Origin: Camelus ferus | Taxonomy: Eukaryota | Assembly: GCF_009834535.1 (NCBI RefSeq) | Contig: NC_045696.1 | Coordinates: 97,218,001 to 97,282,000 of the forward strand | Reading direction: 5' to 3' | Length of the DNA stretch: 64,000 bases | Notes under the pieces: generated by a model | The model's database searches: none | Told to the model about the DNA's origin: nothing | Seen by the model: only the letters and a program-made list of their open reading frames with translations | Position numbers and translations under genes: made by a program | Shown: positions 36,340 to 48,845 of the stretch, in pieces | Position numbering within the stretch: the stretch's first letter is position 1 | Layout of the letters: every line of letters starts with the position of its first letter

Positions 36340-36830
36340 ACACTTCCAGTGGGAAAAAGAGAGCAGCCAAATCTTTAGCCAAGCTTCTCCTGGGTGCCCC
36401 TTTTTTAAGACAGCAATTTGGATGCCTGCAATTATTTGCATTTTTGTTACTAATTGCTCCTACCATTGGTGCAACCAGCCACTTTTGGGTGCAATTACAC
36501 CCTTGTGGGAGCAATTACAGATGAAAACAGTTTCGCACGTGCAGCTAATTGTGACAGAACAAAAGGTGTCTGGGGAGGACAATTTGGCTCATCAAGTCAT
36601 AACTCCAAACACTTTCCAGCTACAAAAAGGCAGAACAGTGGGACAGGGTACGAACACTTACTCTGGGTGTTAGGAGCTGGAGCGTCCCTTCCACTGTTTA
36701 CTAATGTATTGGGGACGGTTGGATTGTGGACCTATTTAATTAGAAATGAATAACTCAGCTTGGCTACTCATTGGCCTTTCGCAAAAGCAGGTTCTGGCTA
36801 CCAAATCAAGCCAGAGAGCCCTCTAATTAA
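36340..36830. promoter_or_regulatory. Candidate developmental enhancer (homeodomain, octamer, SOX, E-box and RBPJ motif cluster)
   Basis: At least six TAATT/AATTA cores, ATTTGCAT, AACAAAAG, CAGATG, CACGTG and GTGGGAA in sequence with no recognised repeat. Confidence 0.4.
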
Positions 36831-37264
36831 GCACCCAGATTCTCAGATAATGCCAGATTATAGTGAAATTCTTTTTTTTTTAAACAAAGAACACTGACAT
36901 AACCATCCCATTGAACTATAATATACACCCAGGTCTCCCTCCTCTTGTATCTATGAGACACACGAACATAACTGCTTCAGCCTTAAGATTGGGAGTGATG
37001 GTTTAATGAGCTGACACTGGAGGCCTGATTACCAGGAGCAGAGGCTCTGATTGGCAAAATTATCGAGTATTCTACACAAACCATCTTAGGGTTTCCAGGC
37101 AGCCTACATAGCAATTGTCACATCTCATCGCCTGATTCAAATTTTAGATTAGAAATGAAGAATGGGACTGTATCTCGGTTCACCATCACCCTGTCTCCCT
37201 ATTTCTGCCAGATATACAAACGTGCACACACACAGGTATCCTACTGTACCCTCAGCTGTATTTC

Positions 37265-37440
37265 ATGGGAGGCAGTTAAGCTTACAGACCCTGGAGCCAA
37301 ACTGCCTCAATTTCCTCCTCTGTGAAATGAGGACAGTAATAGCTCCGGCCTCACAGGGTAAGACAGTGACTAAAAGAGCTAATACAAGAAAATGCAGAGA
37401 CCAGTGGCGAGCACCCCGTACATGTCAGCTGTTTTTATCA
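37265..37440 (+). mobile_element. MIR
   Basis: 'cctcaatttcctcctctgtgaaatgaggacagtaatag'. Confidence 0.75.
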
Positions 37441-37734
37441 TTCCCTGTGCTGTTTTATTGCACTTATTGATTTCTCGATCTGCCTCCTCTCTGAATTTTT
37501 AAGAAAAAAATCTCCAAAACTTAAAAAAAACATCTAGCTTTTCAAGCAATACTCAAGAATTATCTAACACGCAGGCCTAAGGGGTAAGCAACTCTTTTTG
37601 ACTTATTACTTACTATTGACTAGAGGCCAGATTCAGGAAAGTTAGATGTTAATTGTAGACGGCTGATAAATTGCAAATGATTTGTATCCAGTAAAGAGTC
37701 AAACTATTTGTTTCCAATCAAAAAATAAATCCAC

Positions 37735-37938
37735 AGGGGTATGGGATTAAGAGACACAAACTATTGTGTATAAAATAGAAAAACAAGGATATATTGTACA
37801 AAAAAGGGGGAAATATAGCCATTATTTTATAATAATTTTAAATGGAATATAATCTATAAAAATAGTGAATCACTACCTGAAATGAATGTAATATTGTAAA
37901 TCAACTATATTTCAGTATAAATAAATAATAAAAAATAA
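37735..37938 (+). mobile_element. L1 extreme 3' end
   Basis: 'tgggattaagagacacaaactattgtgtataaaataga...aatattgtaaatcaactatatttcagtataaataaa'. Confidence 0.85.
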
Positions 37939-38166
37939 ACCAAAAGGTTAAGGCTTTTAGGTTCCTGTAGGACATTAACAAGTTTTGTACTGAACTTTGC
38001 GATCTTATTCTAGCATTTTCTTTTTTTTTTTTTTTTTTCAGTTGACTAAATTTAGCAGTTTTTTCTATCCTCTTTTGAACCAGTTTTGCCATTTGGTCAA
38101 CCCTCTCCTCTTAAATCTTTGACACAGTCTCACTATATATTTTTCTGAGATCATGTTTTTACCTTT

Positions 38167-38599
38167 TTTTATTCAGATGAAAGATTCTTCAAATTCCATA
38201 CTGCTTTACAATTTTCAAAAGTTTCACACACATGATTTCGTATAACCCCATAGTAACCCTTTTTTCCTACTCTTGTACTGCCACTCACCCCCACCCAGCC
38301 TCGCTGGTAACCACGTGTTTGTTCTCTGTATCTGTCAGTCAGCTTCTTTGTTAAATATTCAGTAGTTTTTTGTATTTTTTAGATTCCACATACAAGTGAT
38401 ATCATACAGTATTTGTTCTCTGACTTATTTCACTTAGCACAATGCCAAGTCCATCCATGTTGCTGCAAATGGCAAAAGATAAATATATATACACCACATC
38501 TTTATCCATTCATCTGGTGATGGACACCTAGGTTGCTTCCATACCTTGGCAATTGTAAATAGTGCTATGAACATTGGGGTGCATGAATCTTTTCAAATT
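38167..38599 (-). mobile_element. 5'-truncated L1 with an alternative 3' tail and 19-bp TSD
   Basis: TSD AGATCATGTTTTTACCTTT at 38148-38166 and 38600-38618; L1 3' UTR 'tttagattccacatacaagtgatatcatacagtatttg'. Confidence 0.92.
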
Positions 38600-38682
38600 A
38601 GATCATGTTTTTACCTTTAAAGAAAAAAAGTATTCTTTGCTGGAAGCTAGGAGCTCTTTACAGCCATCTTTGTGTCCTCATT

Positions 38683-38810
38683 CTGTGTTTCTCAAACTTT
38701 AATGTGCATCTAAATTAACTGAGGATTCTATGGGTCTGAGGATGGGGGGAGCTGATTATTTAGATTTTCTGGCAGATGCTGCTGCCCTTAGTCCTGAGCA
38801 CAATGCCTGG
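38683..38810. mobile_element. MER5-like hAT-Charlie fragment
   Basis: 'gtgtttctcaaactttaatgtgcatctaaattaactgagga...atgctgctgcc'. Confidence 0.55.
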
Positions 38811-39425
38811 GCTTGGAAAACGCAGGCTGCTTATAGAATGTTAGTGTAAACATCCACCTGTGTGAGCAAAGGACGCGTCTTACTACTTACACCTCCCTCC
38901 AATACCCGTCCTTTCTCCAGTACCCATTTTTTATTTTCACAACTTATATGTGGTAATACAGAGGATCTAATTTGGGTGGGGACACAATTAGTAAACCTAG
39001 ATTATCACAATGACCCTGTTAAATGAGAGGTTAATATGAGGGTGAGAAAAGATGGAAGAGGACTCACCAGTAATAGGAAAACGCAATCGGTTCAGTTGTC
39101 AAAACTAAGGCACCTAGGATGATTATGGTGCTCCGTCCCAACAGAGGGCCCTGCCGCGGGACTGTCAGGGAGAGGGTGACACCAGCGGCACTGCCCAGCC
39201 TCGTTCCCCACAGACAGCTGGGGAGCGAAGTGAATCACGGTGGCCTCACCGAGCCCGCGGGGACTTCTGACCTAGGGAGTGGACCGGCTCCTGCAGTCTC
39301 GGGGCCTCCCACTTTCACGTGCCTTCATGTGTAAACAGTTAGCAGGCCGTAAAATCTCCACTATGAGAAAAGTAAAATTATCAAGTGCCTCAGATGGATT
39401 TAGGAAGGATTATGAATGTCTACCT

Positions 39426-39570
39426 CAGTGGTTCTCAACCCTGGAGGCACAGTAGAATTGGGAACTTGCATAAAAACATGCCTGTGCCTGGGTCTCAGCT
39501 CCAGAGAGTCTGCATCAATCATTCTGGGTGGGACCTGAGCAGGAGTGTTTGCAATATCAAGCTGTGTCTT
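39426..39570. mobile_element. MER5B-like hAT-Charlie element
   Basis: 'cagtggttctcaaccctgg...atgcctgtgcctgggtctcagctccagagagtctg...tctgggtgggacctg'. Confidence 0.7.
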
Positions 39571-40784
39571 TAGGGGAAGTGACAGCCACATCGGCTGTCC
39601 TGTCATTGCAGTAACTGGGGAGTTGTTGGCCCTGGACTCCTTTAGTCATTCCAGGACGCTAAGTCCAAGTATCTCCAGTCATCTAAAGAGCATTGCAAGA
39701 TTTCAAAGAAAGTAGTTTTACTTCTCTGTGCTTTATAACATGAGTGTGTTCAAACTGCTTTTGAGAAGAAAGTAGTAGACGCTACCAGAGGTCTGATGTA
39801 GGTGGCATGAGAATCCTGACCATAAGCTGTGACTTCCCCCGGCACCTGGAAATAGGCTGAACCTAATAAAATCCACACATCATGAATATAATTAAGCAAC
39901 CAAGAAACTGTAAGATAGGTGATTATGAAGTTTCCTTTGGTATTCTTTTTTTGTAAAATAGTGTTATTATTGAAATAAAATATTTCTAAAAATAAAAGAA
40001 ATTCCTTTGGAGAAAGTTATGTGATGTAAGAACCTAAGTCTCCCACTTCTGCACCTTTGTTCACTCCCCATCACTGCTTCTGATCCATTACCTGGAATCC
40101 TACTGCTGGCTTAGAAAGGAACGAAGAGGAATTCAGCCTGCAAACTGACCCGCATCAGTACCTCTGTTCATGAAGAGGATGCCTTTGGACTATGCCCATC
40201 CTTATCCAAAAGGTTTCTTCCAGAGGACAAAACAACTGAGAAGGCGCAGATGAGGTGAGGAACATTAGGAAAAATAAGATCCAACACAATGGAAGATGTC
40301 ATTAAATACTAACAAAAATTCTAGTTAAATGCAGGTGCCTATTTATAAAGACTAGCAGGAGAACAGCTAAAATACAGAAGACAAACGTAAACACACCATG
40401 ACAGATGAACAGTGGCTGCTGTGTGGTGGTACTGTGTGCTGGGTACTGTGTATGTGCTGTTTTATGTAATTCTCAGAAGAGCCCGAGGAGGTGGGGTCAT
40501 TATCTACATCTCTCAGATAACGTCTCTTTTGTGTAGGGGTGGCTGAATCAAGATCTTTCCCCAGCTGACCAATTTTAAATCATTTCCAATTTGGATGTCG
40601 GGATGGGGAGGGCACACCAGGGGCCTGAGGTTGGTTGCTACTAAGGGGAGGGGGAGGACCCTAAGCATCTCAAGGAGAGTGGAGCCTCAAGAAGAAAGGA
40701 GACTGGGAGTCTGAATGATGCCAAGGAAAACCAATAGACCAGGAACCCTGACACTGGACTATGAGTGAGCAGGAGTCACATTTT

Positions 40785-40980
40785 TATTCATTCATTCATT
40801 CATTCATTCATTCACTAACAACCACTTACATAGGTTACTATGTGTCAGGCACTGTTCTAACGGCTTTATAAATATTAGCTCATTTAATACACAGAACATT
40901 ATGAGGCATGTGCTTTGACTCTCAATTTAAAGGTGAGGAAGTTGAGACACAAGCTAAATAGCTTCCCAACAGCACAAGTA
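40785..40980 (-). mobile_element. (CATT)n tract followed by MIR
   Basis: 'ttcattcattcatt...tactatgtgtcaggcactgttctaa...ggtgaggaagttgagacaca'. Confidence 0.75.
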
Positions 40981-41393
40981 TTGTGTCACAGCACTGAGGT
41001 TACCTTGACTAATACAATATCACTATGTAGATATTTGCTGTTCAGAGTTAAAGGACTAATTTTGCCAAGAAGTTTACAAAGCCCAGAATAGTGACTTCAA
41101 AGACACTGGAAATGAGGTTCAAAACACATCTCTCATTTTAATGTAGCTTGGTTCAAAACACTGATGACAAGGAAGACTTTATTTGGATGGTGTGGCGGGG
41201 GATAATACATTGACTACTAATGATCTTTTTGGAAGTATACAATTTTATCTACAAAATCTCTTGTGAGAAGCACTGTCTTTTAAATAAAATGAGTAAGTTC
41301 ATCTCAGATCCTGGTGCCTGTGTGTTCTCATCTGTTAAATGAAGGGTAGGGATGGATAAGCTTAGAAGTACCTTCCAGCAACAACACTCAGCA

Positions 41394-41447
41394 TCAACGT
41401 TAAATTTCCCGTGTTGAGGCCGTCTCAACAAGGGAAATTTAACTTGA
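41394..41447. repeat. Near-perfect inverted repeat (hairpin)
   Basis: GTTAAATTTCCCGTGTTGAG-GCCGT-CTCAACAAGGGAAATTTAAC, 19/20 complementary, extended by TCAA/TTGA. Confidence 0.9.
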
Positions 41448-42436
41448 GGGAGGAATAATTGCTTTTCATAAAAAGTTTACAGACTCAAGGCTGAATCCAA
41501 GCTTCTGATCCCAGTCTTAACTCTGAGCCAGGAGCAGAAGGCACAACAAGTCTGTGTAAGGATGTGAGCATTTACAGACACGGCTGTTACAAAAGGATTG
41601 TAACCACACGCTAATTTGGCTATCAGTTTTTTTTTTTAAATCACACAGTATATGTTTCTACTATAAATAAAGTAAGTGGAGCATTTTCCTTGCAAGGAAA
41701 CAGTACTACATCCTGGAAAGGTTTTCAAGAGAAAACATCAGATCAACGGAGATGATTTGACCTCCCCTCCCTTCCATCATTTTCTGCTCCCTTTTGTTCT
41801 CAGTCCTTTGAGTTCCTCCTCATTAGAGCCTCTGGTTCCCTCATTTTGCAGTTCCGTCATTTGACACTGAGTTCACCTTTCCTTTTGACAGGATCTGCTG
41901 CTTTGTATTTCCTTTTTCCGAATCTGCAAAGATAAAATCTCATTTCTCCACGAAAACTCAGATTCAGATACAAAGTATACCTGGGAATTGGCTCAATTGG
42001 CAAAGAAAAAAAGAAAATTCTTGAATAAGCCAGATAACTGACCCCAGCCCAAACTCAACTTTAAATTTGGCATAACTAGTATCTTTTTTCAAACTCGGAA
42101 CTGAACCAAAATCACTCCATTTTGAAGGTTTTGTGAAACTTATTCAAGCACTGCCGTGGGGTAGGTGAATGGTGACTTTTATACAGAGAATCAGCAGGAA
42201 CAGCCTGCATTGTCACTGGGCTGAGCCTGAACCAAACTGGAATGCCCTGGTGTGTACCTAGAATCTAAAACCCAAGCAGGACGTTCTGCTCCATGTAGGG
42301 CTAAAGCAGCTATCACTATTAATTTTAACAAGCTGACTTAGTCTCTAAAAATAAACAGATTTGAGAATTTGATTTTACCCTTCAGGTAGATGGGTTCCTG
42401 TTTATGCCACAAGCTACAGTTAGGTATCAAATCCCC

Positions 42437-42580
42437 ATTCTCCCTCCCTCCATCCCTCCATCCCTCTCTCTCTCTCTCTCTCTCCCCCGACCCCGCTCCT
42501 TCCCTCGGATCCTTCCCCCTTCCTCTTTACCTCTCTTGCTCCCAGGACTTCTCCCCCATCCCTCTCTCTTCTTTACCTTT
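42437..42580. repeat. Polypyrimidine/(CT)n low-complexity tract
   Basis: About 140 bp almost entirely C/T on + strand. Confidence 0.85.
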
Positions 42581-42758
42581 GACTGAATTGCAGGGGTAGG
42601 GGATGGACAGGGGTGTCCTCAAAGCCTCAGCCTTCTTACAATTTCTCCCTTTAGGGGTCCAGTCCATCTTATGAATTTAACTCCTTATCTCTATGATTTT
42701 GACTTTCTGTCTCTATACTTTCACTCAAATTCCAGGTCTCCAGGACACATTCACATGG

Positions 42759-44146
42759 GTGTTGTTATAGCTTGTCTCCAAAGAAGCTGCATCAATTCCT
42801 TCCCCCGAGAGGTGGAACCTATTCCTTCACCTCCTTGAGTCTGGGGGACCTGTGATTACTTTGACTAACAGAATATAACAGATATGATGCTGCAAGATTT
42901 CAAAGGCTAGGTTTTAAGTAGCCTTACAGCTTCCACCTGGGTCTGTTGGAATACTAGTTCTAGGTGAAGCCAGCCCTGGGGGAAGCCAGACACTATGAAG
43001 GAATCCAACTACCCTGAGACCACCATACTGTGAGGAAGCCCATGCTAGCAACAAGAAGAAGCCACATGGAGAGACTGATGCCCAACCAGTCCCCAAATCA
43101 CCCAGATATCACAGCCCAAGCACCAGACATGTGGATAAATAAACCTTAAGATAATTCCAACCTTAGCTGCCATCTGAGTGCAACCCTATAAGGAATCAAT
43201 CCCATGTGAAAACTACTTAGTTGTTACAATATCACCTCACACCAGTCAGAACAGCCATCATTAAAAATTCCACAAACAATAAGTGCTGGAGAGAGCATGG
43301 AGAAAGGGGAATTCTTCTATACTGTTGGTGGGAATGTAGTTTTGGTGCAGCCATTCATGGGAAACACTACGGAGATTCCTTAAAAAACTAAAAATAGACT
43401 TATCATATGATCCAGCAATCCCACTTCTGGACATATATCCAGAGAAAACTCTAATTTGAAAAGATTCATGCACCCCAGCGTTCATAACAGCACTATTTAC
43501 AATAGCCAAGGCATGGAAACAACCTAAACATCCGACAGATGACTGGATAAAGATGATGTGGTATATATACACAATGGAATATTACTCAGCCATAAAAAAT
43601 GAATGAAATAAGGCCATTTGCAGCAACTTCAATGGACCTGGAGATTGTCATACTAAGTGAAGTAAACAGAAAGAGAAAGAAAAATACCATATGATATTTA
43701 CATGTGGAATCTAAAAAAAAAAATGACACAAATGAACTTATTTGCAAAACAGAAACAGACTCATAGAAAACAAACTTATGATTACCAGGGGGCAAAGTGG
43801 CTGAAGATGGATAAATTGAGAGTTCAAGATTTGCAGATACAAACTACTATATATAAAATAGACAACAAGATCCTACTGTATAGCACAGGGAACTATATTC
43901 AATATCTTGTAATAGCCTATAATTTAAAAATATGAGGAATATATATATATATGCATAAATGAATCACTATGCTGTACATCAGAAATTAACATAAAATTGT
44001 AAATCGAATTTCTATTAAAAAAAAAAAAACTACCCAGTTGAGCTTATCAGGACCGCAGAATGGTGAGCGATAATAATAAATGGCTGCTTTAAGCCACAAA
44101 GTTTCAAGGTGGTTTGTTCTGCAGTAGTAAGTATCTGTAAGAGACA
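42759..44146 (+). mobile_element. MaLR LTR (MLT1G/H-like) split by an L1
   Basis: 'cagcttccacctgggtc...actaccctgagaccaccatactgtgaggaagccc...[L1]...gctttaagccacaaagtttcaaggtggtttgtt'. Confidence 0.85.
43224..44025 (+). mobile_element. Younger 5'-truncated L1 (ORF2 end, 3' UTR, poly(A))
   Basis: Colinear with 10195-10646 plus 10940-11270; TSD AAAACTAC(TT/CC)AGTTG at 43209-43223 and 44026-44040. Confidence 0.95.
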
Positions 44147-44169
44147 TCTAACTTTCATTCAATTACTGA

Positions 44170-44320
44170 TTTTTTTCATTCATCAGCAGCTGTTTGTTGA
44201 ACCCTTACTACACGTGCAGCAACTTGCCAGGTACTAGGAATAAGCAGTGAATAAGACAGACCCAATTCTTGCTTCCGTGGAACTGACGGTCTTTCCGAAG
44301 GAAAGATATTGAATAAAACA
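44170..44320 (-). mobile_element. L2 3' end
   Basis: 'tgtttgttgaacccttacta...tgccaggtactagga...gtgaataagacagac'. Confidence 0.7.
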
Positions 44321-44639
44321 ACTGATCAACCATTTCAAACTTCTAATACCCCCTCCTCTGCTCTAATGCTTAGCTGGTTAACTCTTCTCATTTTTCCTTG
44401 AGATAATAGAAATAATCAGGGAGAGACTCCTTCACCTAGGGACCTTCACCCAGGATGTAGACTCCTAACCTACCAGCATCTCTGTGGAATTCTCCAGCCA
44501 CCTTCTCTCTTGTTTGTCTGAAAGACATGTCCCCGAATGTCACCCTGTCCACTTGAGCCCTGGTCCCATCTCCTTCGCAATGTCTTCTCCATCACTTTTG
44601 TCAGAAAGCAAACAAGCTCCAGGATGATCTTGACCAGGC

Positions 44640-45500
44640 CCTTCGCTTGAAATACCATCTTAGGCTGATGGCCCAGGAATCCTTAACTCCAGCCTTGATC
44701 CCTGCCCAGAACCACAGCCTGGTGTATATCCAATAGATACCCCACCTGCTCAGCCCCTCTACTTAGATATCACCTGAGATACCTTAATAACCTTCTCATA
44801 CTTAACAAGACCCAGACAGAACTCTAGATGCTCCACCTGCTTCCCCGCCCCTCCCATTCTTCCCTGTTCCAATAAATGGCTTCCTCACAATTCCATGCCT
44901 AGAAGAGATGACTGATCTGTTCTCCTCCTCTCTCTCCCACATCCAATCCAGCAGGCAGCCCTACTGACTCTACCTCCAAAATACATGCTAATCTATTCAC
45001 TCCTCTTCAACTTCGTCCTCTCCATCCTGGTCCAGGCCACCATCCTCTCAGCAGATTGCTGAAATTTCAAGCCTCCTTATTTCCACTTTTGTCCCTCTAC
45101 AACCCATTTTCCTTACAGCATCCAGAGCATCTTTTAGGAACACAAATTATATCCTGTGACTCTTCTGTTTAACAGCTTCCCAATGGCTTCCACTGCACTT
45201 AGAAAGCTTTGTGTCTTTGTTTTCAAACTCTGGGTCCTTGTTTCCATGATCTGGCCTCTCAGACTTCATTTCACATGACCCTTGCCTTCATCCACCGCAT
45301 TCTAGCCATAAAGTCTTCTTTCACCCCTGGGACAGGCCAAGCTTACTCCCTCTCAGGGCCTTTGCACCAGCTGTTGCCCCTGGTCTTGGCTTGGCTGACT
45401 CTCATTCTTCTACCTTCAGCTTCAACCTCTCATTTTCAGACCCAGCCTAGTGTGATGGCACCAGGTTCCACACCTCCCATCCAATCTGATTTCCTAGCAC
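44640..45500 (+). mobile_element. L2 body
   Basis: 'tctacctccaaaatacat...ctggtccaggccaccatc...caatggcttccactgcacttagaa...ctcagggcctttgcac'. Confidence 0.8.
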
Positions 45501-45639
45501 CCCTTCTGAAGACTCCTTCTTCACAGGGCAGTGAACACACCAAAGTCTTCCCCTCTTGCATTTTCGCACATGCCCCAGAATGACCTCCTTTCTCCTCAGC
45601 AATTCGAGTCCTCCTCCTTCATAAAACATCTGCCCATCA

Positions 45640-45895
45640 CTCAGTATGCAGCTGTGGTAAAAAGCTCAGAGTCTGGAAACAGATTGCTCAGCTCTACCCA
45701 ACACCTGCAGTGGAACCGTGAACAAGCAAACCACCTCATCTCTCTGTGACTTGTTTTCCTCATCTGCAAAATGGGAACAATAATAGTATTCAATTCACTG
45801 GGCTCTTATAAAGATTATGAGTAAATATTTGTAAAGTACTTAGAACAGTGCCCAGTACGTTGAAAGCACTAATAAGCATTACTATTATTGCTGTC
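45640..45895 (+). mobile_element. MIR, near full length
   Basis: 'tttcctcatctgcaaaatgggaacaataatagta...tgtaaagtacttagaacagtgccc'. Confidence 0.9.
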
Positions 45896-47019
45896 ATTGT
45901 TGTTATCATCACTCCATCTTTTCTGTTCTGAACTCATAAACACGTAGGATGGTCCATATTGCAAATTAATGTTTAATTTTATTCCCAATTATATTTTCCC
46001 CTATTGTTTCCAGAGACCCCCCAGTTGGATCCTCATTTCCTTGAAGTCAGAGAAACAAGAAAGGCGGAGTTATGTGCTCGCAGCCCCCGGGAAGGCTGAG
46101 ATGAATCATAGTCCTGGCTATCAAGCTGCTCCCGGGGTTGGAAGATGGAGGCCAGCCTACAACCATCATTCAATCCCACGGGGTATGGAAAGTGTGGTAA
46201 CAAGGCAGGCACGGGGCTCTGGAACCATCTAGAAGGGGCTTTCTGGAAGCAAGGCTGCCCGAGTTGTAAACTGAACAAGCAAGAATCAGAGCTGTAAAGT
46301 AGGGGGTGGAGGAGACAGTAAATGTCTCACGGGGACCCACACCACCTGAGCCTCCTTCCCTAGAGGGGCGCTCAGGTGGAAGCACTCGCTCAACACCCAG
46401 AAAGCACTGAAAAGGAGTCCAAACTCTACTGAAGTTTTAAAAACAGGGTCTAAAGCAAGTGACACTGCATGACTCACAGCACAGTTGTCCTAAAATCCCT
46501 CCTCAGCCCTCCACACCCATCCCCACGGCAGCCACTCAGAAAGCTCCCCTGCCTCCTTTCCCCACTCTCTTCGCAAACTCTCCCCCTGAGCTCCTCCAGG
46601 GCTGGCCGTTTCCCTCTCCCCTCCCCACTTCTGCTCAGCTCTTCACTAAGGAGATACATTTAGCTTTTCTAGGCCTCCTTCAATTCATCTTTTATCCTTG
46701 GCAACAACAGAAAGCCAGGCTCAAAGGCCTCCTCAGAAAGGAAGGGGAAGGCTGAAAACGTGTATTTCACTATGTACTTTCTCTTCTGCCCCATCACATG
46801 TCCTCCCCAGTGAGAGGTGTGCTGTTCTCTCAAAAGAGGACATGACGCCCTCCAGGTCACCCCCAAACTCATAACCCACCCAGCAACTTCCCCTAGCCCT
46901 TACCTCCTTTTGCCCTTAGCCAGGTTCTCCCCTGACATTGACAAGGGGGTGAGGGGGCAGGGGGATGCTCAGGCTGCCTGTGAGGGCTGCATTCTTCAGA
47001 GTTTCTTCTAGACTTCTGA

Positions 47020-47490
47020 CAGTGACTTTTGAACTTTTTTGAGACCCACTGTAAGAAATACATTTTACATCGTAGCCGAGTGCACACACACGCACACACA
47101 CGCACAAACGAAATAAAAGTTTAATATGACTGATGTTACTTACCTTCATGTTCTATTTTCTATTCTATGGTATGTCATTTAAAAATGGGAATAAGCATCA
47201 TCTTTTAGGGATACAAAGTATTTACAGCCAAATGATACAAGATCTGTAACTTCAAAATAATTGAGACAGAAGGCTGGGGTGCAGATGAAGCGGGATTGGC
47301 CATGAGCTGCTCACTGTTAGAACTTGGTGAGAGGCACATCCTGGTTCATTACATTGTGCTCTCTAATATTTTATATATTTGCTATCTTCCATAGTAAAAA
47401 ATTTTAAAACAAAACAAAGATATTGGTCATGCCCCACTAAATTAATTCAACAATCCATGAACAGGCCAAGAACTAGTTTGTAAAATCCCT
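47020..47490. mobile_element. hAT-Charlie-like element interrupted by an L1MC-like 3' end (~47190-47415)
   Basis: 'cagtgacttttgaac...gacccactgtaagaaatacattttacatc' and 'ccactaaattaattca...agtttgtaaaatc'; L1 part 'gattggccatgagctg...gttcattacattgtgctctcta'. Confidence 0.6.
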
Positions 47491-48244
47491 TCTAGAAAAT
47501 CCGGGAGATGGGAAATTTGGAACTTGATAGAAGAGAAGCATGGTAGCACCTACATTTCTCTTAATGTGCATGCACACCCCACCCCCCGAACAGGGTCTGT
47601 TTCTTCTTCCAGGAGTGGGAGGTGGGGCGTTTGCTAAGTTCTGTTTCACCTCAGGGCACAGTTGCTTTCAGATGTTTCTCTTTTCCAAACCTGAAGCCTA
47701 CACAGCAGTTATTTCCACCCACCAAGATGCAAGTCAGTTTCTCATTAACTGAGATCTCCTAGACATGGGAGAATTTGTGCCCGGGGCCCACAGCAATCCT
47801 GCCTACGACCAACCCAGCCATATTGGAAGCAAATTAGTTAAGGGACACTGTCTGTGAGCAAAGCCCTGCAGAGTCTCAGAGAGAGTCCTGGACAGAGCAT
47901 GGAAACCTGCCCAACCCGCCTCCACAACCGACTGGTCACCACGTCTGGCTCCTTGGGTGCACCTTGGTGCCTCCCTGATATTCTCTGAGGAATTGTGTGG
48001 TCGCTCTATTCTCTTCTTCCTTTCTAACTAGTTTATTAAGGTGAGATTTCAGATGGCCCTTTGGTTTGTGGCCAAGTGGAAAGTGGTTTAGCATCTCTTG
48101 GTCACGAGCTGCTCTGAACAAGCTTTAGCTCTGCTTCCCCGGAACTCTCCATCGCACTGTGCCAAGCGGATGCTGCAGCCACCCCTTGTGTCCTAAAGCA
48201 CACCGTGTCCCTGTTCCCTTTGGTGTGCAGCTGTGAACTCTCTA

Positions 48245-48845
48245 TGTTACTGAACCAAACTTGGCTCTGCTCACACATGCACAATAAAGCCATCCTACTG
48301 CATCGGGTTGTAGTGAAGGAAAGTGCACTTATTTATTGTAAGGTACTAGACAAGGAGGCCAGGACAGCTCATGCTCAAAAAATCCAAACTCCCTGGTGGT
48401 TTTGGGGGAGCTGCTTTTTTAGGCAAAATATGGAGGGAGAGCTGAAGGTGTGTGACTTTCCCCTCATTGGCTGGTGATGAAGTAACAGGGTGGTGGTCTA
48501 GGAATCTCAATGATCAGCCTTCTGGTTCCAACTAGTCTGGGGTCCACGTGCTTGTGCTCAGCCTGAAGTTACCATCCTCCACCTGGCTGGGGGCCATAGT
48601 TCCTGCAGAAGAACTCAGAGGTGTGTATCAGACTGTTAGGTATACTCCTGCAGGATCCAGGACCTGGCCCCATCGCTGCACTATTGTTTTTGACTGCCTT
48701 TCCTTTGTTTCTGCATTCCCTCACTCCTCTAACTAGTAACTCTTTGAATCTGCCCATTGGAACTGAAGGAAGGTCTAGGAGGCTGAAACTTTTTCCTACA
48801 GGCCTTTTCACTTGGGAGGGCCCCACAAGGTCCTGCTTGGTTTCA
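48245..48845 (-). mobile_element. ERV1 solo LTR (MER31/MER34-group-like)
   Basis: TG...CA ends: 'tgttactgaaccaaacttgg...atttattgtaagg...cagctcatgctcaaaa...aaggtcctgcttggtttca'. Confidence 0.85.

Noticed and set aside
46355..46375. CTCF site 'ccctagaggggcgct'
   Set aside because: An extra G breaks the core spacing and the 5' half mismatches the consensus.
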